A stretch of DNA of 63,039 bases, filler included, from Choristocarpus tenellus KU-1152 (taxonomy: Eukaryota; Protista; Phaeophyceae): NCBI GenBank assembly GCA_964200185.2. It is 14 parts of 14 records of this genome, joined end to end, with 100 filler letters (N's around TTAATTAATTAA, not from the genome) between each part and the next. Parts side by side here need not be neighbours in the genome. Positions count along the whole stretch, not along the records: positions 21,855 to 24,957 come from CAXNAD020022303.1; positions 25,058 to 31,636 come from CAXNAD020007833.1; positions 31,737 to 34,987 come from CAXNAD020021256.1; positions 35,088 to 39,354 come from CAXNAD020015394.1; 10 more parts are not named here. One strand, given 5' to 3'. The notes beneath the pieces were generated by a model, which saw only the letters and a list, made by a program, of their open reading frames with translations, searched no databases and was not told where the DNA came from. Positions 23,795 through 36,867 of this stretch are shown piece after piece (position 1 is the first letter of the stretch; each line of letters begins with the position of its first letter). The position numbers and the translations under genes are program-made.

Positions 23795-24635
23795 TAATAA
23801 TAAATAAGTACAGAGCATTGTGTAGCGATGATGGTGTGACCACTATAGACGGTTGGTTTGTAAATAGTTTCAATACAAATAAAATATAGAGCGTTGATTT
23901 TGATGAAGGGACAACTGTTCACAGCTGTTTTGTACATGATTACTATACGAATAAATACAGAACATTGTGTAGCAACGTTGGTGGGACCACAATTGACAGC
24001 TGGTTTGTTCACGGTTTCAATACAAATAAACACAGAGCATTGTGTAGTAATGAGGGCAAGTTAACTATTGACGACTGGTTTGAAACGTTTTTAATGTGAA
24101 TAAATTCAGAGCATTGTGTAGTAATGAGGGCGGGTTAACTATTGACGACTGGTTTGAAAAGAGTTTCAATGCAAATAAATACAGAGCATTGTGTAGAAAA
24201 GTTGGTGGGATCACTATTGACAGCTGGTTTGTACACGGTTTGAATGCAAAATAAATACAAGAGCATTGTGTAGTAACGTTGGTGGGACCACTATTGACAA
24301 CTGGTTTGTACACAGTTTGAATGCAAACAAATACAGAGCATTGTGTAGTAACATTGGTAGGACAATTAATGACAGCTGGTTTGAAAACAGTTTCAATACG
24401 AATAAATACAGAACATTGAGTAGTAACGTTGGTGGGAACACTATTGAGAGCTGGTTTGTACACGGTCCGAATGCAAATAATACAATGAGTAGTAACTATG
24501 GCAGGACCACTACGGAGAGATGGTTTGTACATGGTTCGAATGAACATAAATACAGAGCAATGAGTAGTAACATTGGTGGGACCACTATTGAGAGCTGGTT
24601 TGTACGTGGTTCAAATGCCGAATAAATACAAAGCC
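23795..24635 (-). pseudogene. About 75-bp tandem array encoding degenerate 25-aa leucine-rich repeats
   Basis: About 11 units; minus-strand frame reads LYLFALKLFSNQLSIVVPPTLLHNA (LxxLxLxxNxL); indels shift the frame between units. Confidence 0.6.
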
Positions 24636-24858
24636 CTGAGCATTTTTTCGTATCTGTCAGTGGGTGCCCATGTTTAGTTGTATTGCGTCTGGGTGCTGGC
24701 GGCGGGGAAATCGTAGGCAAAGTCCAACACTTCTTCCAACCACGTGTTATTAAATCATGTCGTTGGTAATTACATGGGTTGGGTGTGTTTGGCATAGGGT
24801 GTGTGTGTATCTGTGTGCGAACGGGTGTTCCTCGTTAATCAATTGCATGCCGGTAGAT

Positions 24859-24957
24859 GAATAAAGTATCTTTGAGGGTGGAGCCGCGTCCATTTGGGGG
24901 CCAAAATCCAATGTTGAGATTGTGATTTAATCTTGGCTATTGTGTTTGTTAGGAAGC
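24859..24957 (-). mobile_element. MITE family A, partial, inverted
   Basis: Reverse complement of the family A right end; cut by the contig end. Confidence 0.82.
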
Positions 24958-25080
24958 NNNNNNNNNNNNNNNNNNNNNNNNNNNNNNNNNNNNNNNNNNN
25001 NTTAATTAATTAANNNNNNNNNNNNNNNNNNNNNNNNNNNNNNNNNNNNNNNNNNNNCAGATCTATCCATACATACATCG

Positions 25081-25264
25081 GACCCAAAGTATCTGGGTGG
25101 TGGGGGGGGGTCTACACCAGGGTGTCCATTTGGGGCATAACCAGGAAAGTTGCAATTACATTATCCATCCGACGTATGCAACCAAATCGCCCAAAAATAG
25201 TGACAAGAAGAAATTGACCCCAAATGGACAGCCGCCATCCCCCCCCCCCCAGATACTTTGAGCC
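25081..25264 (+). mobile_element. MITE family B, complete
   Basis: TIRs GACCCAAAGTATCTGGG / CCCAGATACTTTGAGCC; TSD ATCG. Confidence 0.92.
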
Positions 25265-25839
25265 ATCGACCAACACGTTGCACACACACTGCTCCCATTC
25301 ACAAGTAAAAAGTAGCTATCGCCCCCTCCATCTCAAAATACTATCAGAATAGTCCCTGTAGCACTACAAAAATCCATACAACTGCATCCACTTCCTAGCA
25401 CCTGTTACTAATAACACAATTTAATTTAATAACACAGTGACAACATTATTTGTACACAATCAGCACATTTCAAGGCCAAAGCACCTTCATTCAAGCTCCA
25501 CCCTTACCCTCTGTACAATACCTAATGACCATATTTTTTATTTCCATCACCCGATCCAAAACCTCCTTTAGCTGTATTCCTCTCTAAATATTTACCTACC
25601 CTACTCAACCCTAACTCTATCCTCAAAGTGACAGGACAAAAAATAAAAAATCATTTCTTTGTGTCTAAAAAATCATTTGTGAAAACTAAGAACTCCTCAA
25701 TTCTTACCTCTCTTCCCTTGACCTATTCATATATGTACACGACCTTACAAAACAAAACCCCCTGACAAAATCCTATCCCAGGCAACCCCCCCCCCCCCCC
25801 CCTACCCTCCCTATTCCTTGTCTCTCAAGTCATACTTAC

Positions 25840-25932
25840 GTGTTTCCAAAGTCCTTCACACCATACGCCCGTTTGACACCACTAGCAAGGAAACCTCCAA
25901 AAGGGCCGATCAAGGAGACAATAAGACCAATA
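25840..25932 (-). CDS. Phosphatidate cytidylyltransferase (CDP-diacylglycerol synthase), exon
   Basis: cag|IGLIVSLIGPFGGFLASGVKRAYGVKDFGNT|gtaag; CTP_transf_1 signature SxxKRxxxxKDxG. Confidence 0.88.
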
Positions 25933-25953
25933 CTGGACAAAAGGCATACACAC

Positions 25954-25998
<45 letters not shown>

Positions 25999-26159
25999 AT
26001 GGGGACAAAATCCAAGGTAAGATGCACTGCAAATACTATGTAGGTAAACAAAAAAAAATCGGTCCACTCCCATGACAAAACAGAAATATTTTCTAGTCAT
26101 ACGCAATACAGCATTATCTGTGTTCAATGTGTCCACCACAAGAGGGGAAACAGAACCTG

Positions 26160-26369
26160 AGTAGAAGTAGTATTAGCAGTAGTGGTGGTAGTGGCAGTAG
26201 TAGCAGCAGTAGTAGTAGAGGTAGTGGTGGTAATAGTAGTAGTAGGAGTAGTGGTGGTAGTGGTAGTAATAGTAGTAGCAGTAGTAGTAGTAGAGGTAGT
26301 GGTGGTAATAGTAGCAGTAGTGGTGGTAGTGGTAGTAGTAGTAATAGTAGTAGTAGTAGTAGTAGTAGT
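26160..26369. repeat. (AGT/GGT)n compound microsatellite
   Basis: Visible directly. Confidence 0.9.
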
Positions 26370-27948
26370 GTCAGTCCAGACAAACGTGCACTATGGGATA
26401 AACCAGATCTCAGCAATGGTGTTTTCCTCGACAAAGTTTAATGCATTGTTACCTGACCCAAGCAATACATTATAGAGCTTGCTTTCGCTTGCGCATTGCC
26501 TGGTGTTACCTGAAGTGCGAAAGCCATGCGCTAATAATAAAACTCAGATATCCCGAAATGAAAAGAGAAAAGGCGTTTCTACACAGTAAAAAACTCAGAT
26601 CTTCAACGGCTAGGTGTACTGTGTAGAAACGCACTTGTCATAACAAAAAAAAAAGGAACGAAACCGTCAGTGCTTATCAAAATCAGAAAAAAAAAATCCT
26701 TCTTCTTCCCACCCAACTGCCATCCACTTGCCCAACACTTTTGAGTGTCTGTATCTCCTACAGGTCGATCCATCCCATGAAACACACATGGAATGAGAGC
26801 TGGCGAGCTAACCCATCAATCGAGGAATAGCACACCACCTTCGAAGGCGGACCACTTCTGCCTTTTTCGGGGTGTCCTCGGATCCAAAAAATCGCAAGAT
26901 GGCTTCACCTATTTGTGATTCGAAACCCATCTAATCGAAATGGTCGTATTTGATACCCACCAAAACTCTTTGATCAGGGCTCATAGGTTATACACGTTTT
27001 GGTGGGGTGTCCAAGCGGTCACGGTCGTAAAAATCTGATCCTTACTCCGACGGCTCATGGCAAAAAAAAAAAACGGTTTGTCCATGTAGACAACGACGAC
27101 ATCAGTCCCCTTCAACTTCCTCCTCAAGGGTCCCCTCGGTGCTCAACCACCTTCAACCCATGCGCATTTGATTTCCTCTCCTCTGCCAGAGGTGGGGTCT
27201 TCACCCGACTACATCTCCACACACAGCCCAAGTGCTTCAGGATGGTGGCCACCCACACCCCCACTACCAGAGTTCCGCTCCAAAGGCTGTCATTACCCAG
27301 ACATGTGTTGTCATCGAGTTCCGAAGGCAGCCTACCTTTCCCAGACATGTCTTGTCTTGAGACCAAGAGCTCCAACTCATTGATGCGCGGTTTAAGGACC
27401 TTGCACTTCCTATCGCAATCCACTTGAAAAATCCCCCTCCCAGTCCCAGAGGTGCAAGAGACCTCTCCCTTCTCCTCACAAGCATTCAAGGTGTGAAAAA
27501 CCTCAATATATTCCACTCCCGCTACTAGGCATACAGCCTCCACAACCTCAGTATAGCCCATTTAGTTCTAGACATCAAACTGGTAGCACAGGATAACCAG
27601 TACACACACCTGCCCCTCCAAAAGCACCTCTCTGCAGACCAACTCGAGTTCCTTACACACTCTTTGGCATCAGCCTCCCTAACCTCTTCACCACTACGTC
27701 TGGCAGCATTCACGCCTTCCTTGTCACTGCAGCCAAGCTGCGGGCCCCTGCCTCATCCTCGGTTGTCCTCCCCCTCCCTCTCCCCCTCCCTCTCCCCCTC
27801 CCCCTCCCCCTCTTTTTTCAAGGTGCCCCCTCTTCTGCAAACGCCTCTGTGGCAAGCCCTCTTCACCCCTCGCTCCTCTTGTTCCCTCCCCACCCAGACA
27901 CTCCTCACTCCTCACTCAGGGGGCCGATGACCCTCGATCGATTTCCTG

Positions 27949-27971
27949 CCCTAACCCTAACCCTAACCCTA
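27949..27971. repeat. Interstitial telomere-like (CCCTAA)n
   Basis: About 4 copies; similar tracts near 14486, 19885, 47644 and elsewhere. Confidence 0.75.
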
Positions 27972-28179
27972 GACAACCAGCCACCCCCAACGAAGTAATG
28001 CACCTACTCCTCTCCTCCCTGAAGTTCAAGCACGGCCTTCCTCACTCTGCCTTCAGCACTCCCAAAACACCAGAAAAAACGACCAGGGCTTGCAAAAAGG
28101 CCTCCCAATTCTTACGAGGATTTCAAACGGTTCAACAGCTACAGATGAGGCATCAACCGGAACACCAACTTGAAGCTCA

Positions 28180-28293
28180 AGTCAACAGTCAACAGTCAAC
28201 AGTCAACAGTCAAAAGTCAACAGTCAAAAGTCAACAGTCAACAGTCAAAAGTCAACAGTCAACAGTCAAAAGTCAACAGTCAACAGTCAACAG
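28180..28293. repeat. (AGTCAAC)n 7-bp tandem repeat
   Basis: About 16 units with C/A variants. Confidence 0.92.
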
Positions 28294-30309
28294 CTCCTTC
28301 AACAGCTCTTGCCCGATAACATTCGTTCAATTAGACAAAAAGCGACCAGATGGAACAAAAAATTGTACAAAAAAAAAATGCTCAGAATGCAGCGACAAAA
28401 ACCTTCATCACTAACAACTACTCTGTAACTGTAACAGTACCACGAGGTCTAATGTCTACCATACTAGTTCCTCCTGCCAGTACCAGTGCATGGTACAGCA
28501 GTCTCAGAGACCAAAAATAAAATAAAGATGGATGTAACTGATACCAAAAATAATAATAACACAAACACAAACACACACACACACACACATACATTTTTTT
28601 TTTTTCATTTCAAGGTCAGGAATATGAGATCCCACAGCAGGCACTTCCTTTCAATAAATAAAAAACTACTGGAGTAGTGAGCTAGTGCCCTCCTACCTGT
28701 CTATATACTCTAACCAACAAGAAACAACAAAATATCATCACCTCCTCCATTCAGCATCAGTTCAAACTGTTCATCAGGAACACTGCATCGGGAAGGCGTT
28801 TCTTTTCTTGTGCCTTTGCAGCGTACTGCACTGAGTAAGTCAAGACACTGCTTTGATTTTAGGAAAACCTCATGGTGCGCTCTTGCAAGGCCCCCAGAAA
28901 AAAACAAAAAAATGATATAATCTTGAGCACTTATACCTGCCCCACAGACTGTTGGAACTGACTGCTCAACAGAGGAAAACCATTACTTTTTTTAGGAAAC
29001 CCCCTACACTCACTCACCAAGAAAAAACGTGCAATAAATGGAGATGGGAAATCTGCTTCCTTAAGACAAAAAAAAAGATGAAAATACCATTACAATCACA
29101 ACCCATGGCAACACCCAACCCTAACCCCAACACCCCTAAATAGTGCAACGGCATTGACAATAACAATTTATACAACCTTCCAAGTTTAAAGTACGCCGAG
29201 GCAAGTAAGAAGGTTGAATGGCAAATGCAACACCCCTTACTACAACTCGTTGCAAACAATCATATTATTATTTTTTAATTAGTGTAACTGACCTCAACCT
29301 CAATACACAACAGAGCCCAACACACTCAGCATCGAGATCACTGCAAACAACAACACAACAATACAACACAACAAACATTAGGAAGAAAAAAAATAGAAAA
29401 CATGTAACCGTAGCTCCTAGTACCCCTCAACAGAACTACCATCATCATCACACACTCTGTATTATCAACAAATACCGACAGGCAACGGAAGAGCAAAACA
29501 CCTGCAAGAGGTGAACTAGTTAGTACGAAGAATCTAACGGCGTGTTGAGAACAAAAAAAAAAAAAATCCCCGAAAACATCCGGAGCAGCTCATCAGAAAC
29601 AAAAACCTGCTTGCAAAAGTCTCAAGCACTACAGGGCGCCACGAGGAAAGCTCCACCATAGCGTCAATCAATCAAAATTTAAACAGGTTGTACTAATAAA
29701 ATGCCCTCGATTTTTCAACACCTGCCCCCCTCCCCCTTCAAATCAACAAGAATGAATCCCTACGAAATCTCTACCGAATCAATCCTCACACTCAGACGAA
29801 CACCAACACTAAACCATCACATTATCAAAACGCCTTCTCCTTCTGCAAACTCCCGTACAAGAACAGAATTTTCTCAGAACCGGAAAACAGCGCAGATTGT
29901 AACTCTGCCGCACATCCTACTAATCAAAACGCTAAAACTAACCCCCCNNNNNNNNNNACTATGACCTCCCCCCCCACCTCTCCTAACCCAACCATTCACC
30001 CTCCCCCCCCCCCCCCCCCCCGCCCCTCCGACCATTATTATTATTATTATTATTATTTTATTCTTATTATTATTGTTTTATTTATTTTGGTAAGTCGGTT
30101 ACTCTGCGCGTCATCCACGTGCGTGTACGCACTCCTTTATCGTGCGTGAAAATCACACGTATTTTATTTTATACACGATCAATGTGAGTCAAACCAGACC
30201 AGTCTCTGACGGGGGGCCCTCACCACCAAGGAGGCATTATTTCCTCGTGGCTCCGCTGTCATGTGTAATGACCCAGACGATTAAATCGCGATCAAGCTGT
30301 AAGAGCTCA

Positions 30310-30586
30310 GAGTGAAAGTATCTTAGAGGGTACGATTTTAGCCCTGTTTGTCCATTTGGGGCTTGGCTTCCCACGGGTTTTTAGGCTTCCCACGGGTTTT
30401 TAATGACATTTTCCTACTCCAAAATGTTTCGGAGTAGGTAAGATGTATACCTTTTCATAAGGTGTGTCCGGAACAAGGATATTGACACTTCCTAACAAAC
30501 ACAATAGCCAAAATTACATCAAAATCGCAACATTGGACATAAGCCCCCAAATGGACGTGACCCTACCCTCTAAGACACTTTGCCTC
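30310..30586 (+). mobile_element. MITE family A, complete (with internal 20-bp duplication)
   Basis: TIRs GAGTGAAAGTATCTTAGAGGGTA / TACCCTCTAAGACACTTTGCCTC; flanked by TCA/TCA. Confidence 0.92.
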
Positions 30587-30689
30587 TCAACCGATCGCAA
30601 TCATGAGTTGCATGTATTCTCATCCTCACAACTTTCACCCTTAAAGCAGCAGTGCAGGAGTAGCGCCCCAATAGAAGACATTGTTCGTT

Positions 30690-30851
30690 CTCATTAATTG
30701 CTTGAATGATTCTTTCTCATTAATTACTCAAATGATTTTTTCTCATTAATTACTTAAATAATTATTTCTCATTAATTAATCAAATGATTATGTCTCATTA
30801 ATTACTAAAATAATTATTTCTCATTAATTACTAAAATATTTCTTTCTCATT
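30690..30851. repeat. About 25-27-bp AT-rich minisatellite (TCTCATTAATTACTxAAATRATTATT)
   Basis: About 6 tandem units. Confidence 0.85.
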
Positions 30852-32543
30852 GACACTCTATGTACATACCTCCTTTGTAAACAAGTTTGAAAACAGGCGG
30901 GTACAGATATTTCAAGCAGTTAACACCACAAAAACCTCACCAGAACCCATGGATCTCTGTTCTAGTGTACCAGAACTCAGAACCCCATGGCAGGATTATC
31001 TTCCTCATTGCATACAGGGCATCCTGAAGACAGACAGACAGACAGACAGGCCAATCAAGGTTACAGTGGAAGAGGAGGGCATGCCCACCCAACACCAAGA
31101 GAGTGAAAGGGTTGAAGAGAGCCGTTGCAGTAATTTGTTAAATTCACAAAAACTGGGATGTTCCTCTTCAATATACAAAGAAAAAACAGGCTGCTGCTGC
31201 TGCTGCTGCAAATATATATATATATATAAATGCACACACACACATGTACTTCCCCCCTGAAGGACCTACAATACGTGTGGAAACTTCCATAAATATATAT
31301 ATAAAAAAATATATATATATATATAAATAAAGTTGGCCAGTACAAACCCGATTTCACACTAGAGTAGAAATCAACACAACCAACACATAACACCACCTGA
31401 AAAAAAGAAGAGGGAAAGCGGTTGATAAAAATACTAATAATAAAAAACTCTTTTGAGAAAAAACTAATTTACCAAAACACCAACACCAACATCATACATT
31501 TGCTTATTAATACACACCTTCACCCTTATCGGGATAAACTATATATGTACACATAATATATGCACACATACAAATATCCACACATAATACATGCATACAT
31601 ACATATATCCACACATAATACATGCACACATACATANNNNNNNNNNNNNNNNNNNNNNNNNNNNNNNNNNNNNNNNNNNNTTAATTAATTAANNNNNNNN
31701 NNNNNNNNNNNNNNNNNNNNNNNNNNNNNNNNNNNNATTCAACACAATAATCTCATATACACAAAATAAGGTACACCTCACTATTGTCCTATTTTGCACA
31801 GATCTTGCCGAAGAAGAGCGGCGCTTCCGTTGCCACAAAAAAGGCAAACCTGCCTTCCTGCATGGTGACAAGGTTTCCATCGTTCGCCGATCTCAAGGTA
31901 GCACGAGGCCAACCCCGTCGACGGAGGCCAGCTTCTTCCGTGTCACTGTCGGATGAGGAAGAATCTTCTTCCTCGAGCCCGCTGAGAAAATTGTCACCGC
32001 TGACGGGATTACCTCCTCCACCCGAACGTTCGCCCTTTTCGATGTCCTCGACGTCGCTGGTGGTACCAGTTCCAGCGCCATCCTCATCGGTGGGAAGCCA
32101 ATGGACTGGGAGGTCGAACTCTTGTTCCCCTGTCTTTTTGAGAAGTCACACAGACTCGCTTTGCTTGTGTTTCGCTCTCTGAACGGCTTCATCGTCTGCG
32201 AAGGTGGAATGCATGAGCACGAGAATATCAACGGTATGGAAGATGAATGTGAGTTTGTAACCAGCCGTGAGGTTGCGCGAATGCGCTCAGGGAGCATGTA
32301 GTGAGAGGTAGGGTGTAGATTTCGTCGGTTTCGTTGCTGTTGAGTACAAGACCAGTACCCTCAAATAATTTATTGGGGGTAATCTATAGTATTTGTTTAT
32401 TGTGACGCGCGACGATCACTACACATGAGAATGGAATTTTTTTCAAGGTTGTTTTTGTAAAGGCTGTAAAGGCTGCCTCGTACAGAAGTTGCACCAGATT
32501 TTCTTGGTTGCCACCGAAAACAAAATTTGGCCATCAACTCCCC

Positions 32544-34400
32544 TCACGAAATGTTCCACTTACCCAGTGGGTACGCAGCAGTGAGGTGCTCGTTCGACGG
32601 CTGGTTCCGCTGCTCCACCTTCAGGATGACTCCTTCGAGAATGCTCTTGAGCTGGTAGGGTGGTGCATCTTGGAGACGAGGCGGGTGGCCGATGAAGAGG
32701 TCGTGCGGAGGGGCGTTGGGGTCGATAGCAACGTTGGCGCCTATCCCACTCCATGCGGTGCTGTGCATGTATTGCTTTACGCTAACCTTAACCCGCCCAT
32801 CACCGCCTTTTTCAACGCGAAAAGCCCAGTAGCTCATGATATTGGGAACATGGTTGACACGACCGCGAAGGAGTCCCTTGAAGTTGCCCTCGTTCCGTAA
32901 GGTCTTGCAGTAGACTGGAACCTCCGTGTAAGAGGCCTGCAACTCTTCACCCAGCTGTGTTCTTGTGAATATGTTCTTCCCTTTGATATCACGTGAGAAC
33001 CTGAAGTTGAAATGCAAGCAAGTTAATTTTGAGGCGGGGGCGAAAGAAACGAAGTGGAGAAGCAAGATATATATGCAGGCACATGCTCTGATGCATGTAT
33101 ATGGAAGTATAAATATAAAAAGGGGTGATGCGTACAATTGTTTTTGTTTTGTTTCGAGACTGGGTTACAACACAGCTTTGCCAGCTGCTCTTCTCGTGCT
33201 ATTTTGTTGTGGGGAAATCCAAAGTCAATCAATCAATTGCAGTGTATGACCATAAACCTTCCAGAGACGCAACAAGCGTGAACTGCAAGCCTCAAGGCAG
33301 TATCTGTCTGTGTAAAAACACCATGTGGCTATAACATTTATCTATCTTGCCTAATTACCTGGAGAAGATCTGATCGATCTTGGTGTGTGTGTGCCCCACC
33401 ATCATAAAATATAGCTCGACCACACAAATGACACTCGCCGCGACCAACAGCCACGCATATCTGAGAAAGAAATTGTTCTTGTTCTCTGAGACGCAGTTGT
33501 CGACCTGGCCAATTTGGGGAGTTGGGAGCGAGGGAGGGATAGGCGTGAGGTCGATATGTCAGCCCAATTCACCACGTTTTGTGGAGAAACAGTGCATGTT
33601 TCCGTTAGTGCTAGAGCGCAAGCTCTACATCACCGCCATCATACATGCAGGTGGCAACCCACAAACCAAAACTAAACACCGCGGAGTTAGATTTTTTGTG
33701 ACTGGTATTCAGCGAGTATGTCTTGAGTAGGTCGTGTCAAGATGAAACTTTCTTACCTGCCAATGCGCGTGCCGGATGATGCAACCCCCCGCGTGATCAA
33801 GGCTGTTGTGGTACTTTTCGATAAGCCTTGTGAGGGCAAGGTGGGTGGCTGTGTAGGCAAGGTTACAACCTGCACGAACTATGATGTCTGTCGTTAGTTG
33901 GCAAATAGTACTCTGCTTACTTACGCATTGTTTACTTGGAGCTAAAAGAGGGGTAATGGAATGTGTTTTTACAATGTAGAGCACATACACCCGACTGGCT
34001 GATATACATGTCTGTTGGTTTTCCTCCTCGTTGATTAGCTCTTATGCTCCTATCGCCCTTCCGAGGCTGAGGCGTACGATTGTTGCAAAATTAACGCTGG
34101 ACACCTACCTTTCGATGGTCTGACAGCTCCTTGTTGATGGACTCGAGGACGGTGGAGTCGTTCGTAGGTTTTACACCAGGTGCACCGTGCCGCTTCTCTT
34201 TTAACGTGACACATATGCCACAATTCATAAATTCGACTCCTACCCTCACCCTGATGTTGGGCCTGTCCTCTCTGAGCAATCGACGGAAGTGCTTACCCGC
34301 TTGGAAGTGTCGTCAGGATACACCCGTATTGCCTCTTTGCAAAAATCCTTGTATAGCTCCTAATGAATAATGTTGGTTGGGTGGGCGAGTGAGGAGTTAT
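32544..34400 (-). mobile_element. Intron-containing DNA transposase relic (Sola/DUF7869-like DDD family)
   Basis: Exons ~33869-33757 (GCNLAY...HAHWQ), 33504-33359 (VDNCVSENKNNFF...FMMVGHTHTKIDQIFS) and 33000-32544 join in phase by GT-AG; upstream FMNCGIC (C2 motif) with a stop codon nearby. Confidence 0.72.
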
Positions 34401-35179
34401 TGAGAAGGAACACTCGAAGGACACTGCTGCATGATCTCTCCGAGCGGGCTGACCAATAACTTGACTGACAACACGGAAGACAGGATCAAGCAAGCTTACA
34501 TCGTGCGTAATGAAAGAGCAAATACAATGATCTTCGTAAATCTGCCAAGAGCATCATTCTGTTCGGGCCTCGCTGCCGTTTGCAGAAACAGTAAAGGAGG
34601 AAAATCTACCACCATCATCATCATCATCGCGAAGCGCTTGAGACATACAAAGTACACACTTTTACTACCAAGGTCAGACCGGGCCCGGGGCCGCAGAGTA
34701 GGTGTACACAGTGGTGAAATAACAGTTACTGTGCCTTCCTCCGTAAATCGACGAAGAGTATCATCATCATCATTGTAGTCTCGACATCACAAACGAAATA
34801 AATCATACTTTGTATGAAGCTTCACATTTTTTTTTACCATAATCTCAGACCGGTCAAAGTAATAAACACCCACCACTCGAAATACTCCTTCGATCCACTT
34901 CTTCTACGTACTGCTGGGTCACACGGTTTGCAACTAACTCCAACACAGGGTGTGGCCAACCTCTCTCCACAACCAAGGGCAACACCTNNNNNNNNNNNNN
35001 NNNNNNNNNNNNNNNNNNNNNNNNNNNNNNNTTAATTAATTAANNNNNNNNNNNNNNNNNNNNNNNNNNNNNNNNNNNNNNNNNNNNACAACAACAGTTA
35101 GTTGACGCATCTAGGATTGGTGGTGGGTCTTCGTCATCATATGAGCGACAGAGTTGCCTTCATTGATTAACCAACAGCA

Positions 35180-35285
35180 ACAGAGGATACGGGCAGGTTG
35201 TTGTTCATGATGCCTCGTTCGTCCGATTGACCAATGGCAAACAGAGGATACGGGCATGTTGTTGTTCATGATGCCTCGTTCGTCC
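35180..35285. repeat. About 45-bp direct repeat x2 (60-bp period)
   Basis: AACAGAGGATACGGGCAxGTTGTTGTTCATGATGCCTCGTTCGTCC occurs twice. Confidence 0.85.
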
Positions 35286-36695
35286 ACTAGTTCAAGCAGG
35301 TTGTTCATGTGTCTGTTGCACTCCCGGTAATGTGCTTACCAGCGTTGGCGCCCGTGCTTGCTTCAGGTGACATGCACAGTTTCTCGCGGTGGCAGGGGGA
35401 GGAGGGGTACAACGAATGAGCAGCAAATTGAAAAAGCTAATGTTTTCTATTTTTTTTTAATGTGCTGGAAGATTTTTTGTACTACAAGCTACCGTTAGAT
35501 ACGGTAGCCTTCTTCTCCTTCTCCTTCTCCTTGTTGTTGTCATGCGATGTGTTACAAGTCCAACTACTTGCCCGAGAAAATAAATAAATGCGGATCAGCG
35601 TATCTGACAGGTGGGGGGGGGGCAGATCGCAACAAACGACATCTCGGGTATGACTGAGATATTCGTACGAAGAGGTCGGTCATCATATAATGTCAGTACT
35701 TGTATGCACTCAGTGGTAGCCTCTTCTTCTACTTGGCGACGTTAGCAGTAAAAAATAAACTAATAATGTGGGAAAATAACACTTCTTCTCAATCAGTCAG
35801 CCATCCATAATGACAATGAAACGCCGCCCCGAAAAAAACTACTTCGAAGTACTATTATTTTCTACCACCTCCACCATCGACAGTCAAACGACTCCACCAA
35901 CCGCACTAATTATTCAAGCAAGCAAGCCAACGCAGGGCATACATGTACACGACGATCAAATGAAATCATTGCCGCCCCCCACACACTGTCCTACTACCAC
36001 CTTCGCCGGGATGGATTCCCATTCGTAGTGGGGCCCTCCATACCTGTCGCAACATTTACAAAAAAAAACATATATGCACTTTCCACACACCATTCCGGGT
36101 CTCGCTCGTCCTCCATTAAAATCTCCATCCTCAATTTTGGTGATCGACTGTTTAAAGAGCCTTTGCTTATTAGTGGTATCTCTTTGTGTGTGGAAAGGAG
36201 GAACATCATATTTTTTTCTACATTATAATATGTTCAAATAAAGCAATGAAATAGAGTCCATTGCATAGGGTAAGAAAGATGGCTTAGAATGCAAAAGAGT
36301 CCTAACCTGCCTACCTCTCAACTGGTTAGGCTCAAGGGGGAATTTCAATTTTGCATCCACTATTGTGCACATAAAGCAATGAAGTAGGGTGTATTGCCCA
36401 GTGTAAGAAAGATAGGTTGAAAGAAAAAAGGTCCAAGCCTTCCTACTTCTCAATTGGTTCGTCTCATTTTATTAGTAGAATGTACTTACAATCTTGATAC
36501 CCTACTACCTAGACACCCTCCTGCCATTGCTGGATCGCCTTGGCTGCTAGCGGATGAAGCTTCTTCCCCTATCCCCGAAGCACAGCCCACACGGCTCCTC
36601 CATGATGTACCTTCCTCCTCCTGGCACTATAGCTACTAATATTATTCACTAACTCCGAAGTAGTACTCAGCAGTAGGAGGACGAGGGCTGCCTCT

Positions 36696-36867
36696 GACCC
36701 AAAGTATCTGGGGGGGCTACACCAGGGTGTCCATTTGGGGTAAAATCAGGAAAAGTGCATTTATATTATCCATCGGACGTATGCAACCAAATCACCCAAA
36801 AACCGCGACATGAAAAACTGACCCAAATGGACAACCGCCACACACACACACCCAGATACTTTGAGCC
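36696..36867 (+). mobile_element. MITE family B, complete
   Basis: TIRs GACCCAAAGTATCTGGG / CCCAGATACTTTGAGCC; TSD CTCT. Confidence 0.92.

Noticed and set aside
23795-24635. CRISPR-like array
   Set aside because: Whole units are homologous with no unique spacers; no cas genes; eukaryotic context
26114-26475. Poly-Ser/Val/Leu ORFs
   Set aside because: Trinucleotide microsatellite translations
30870-31023. Candidate minus-strand exon with good splice sites
   Set aside because: All three frames contain stop codons
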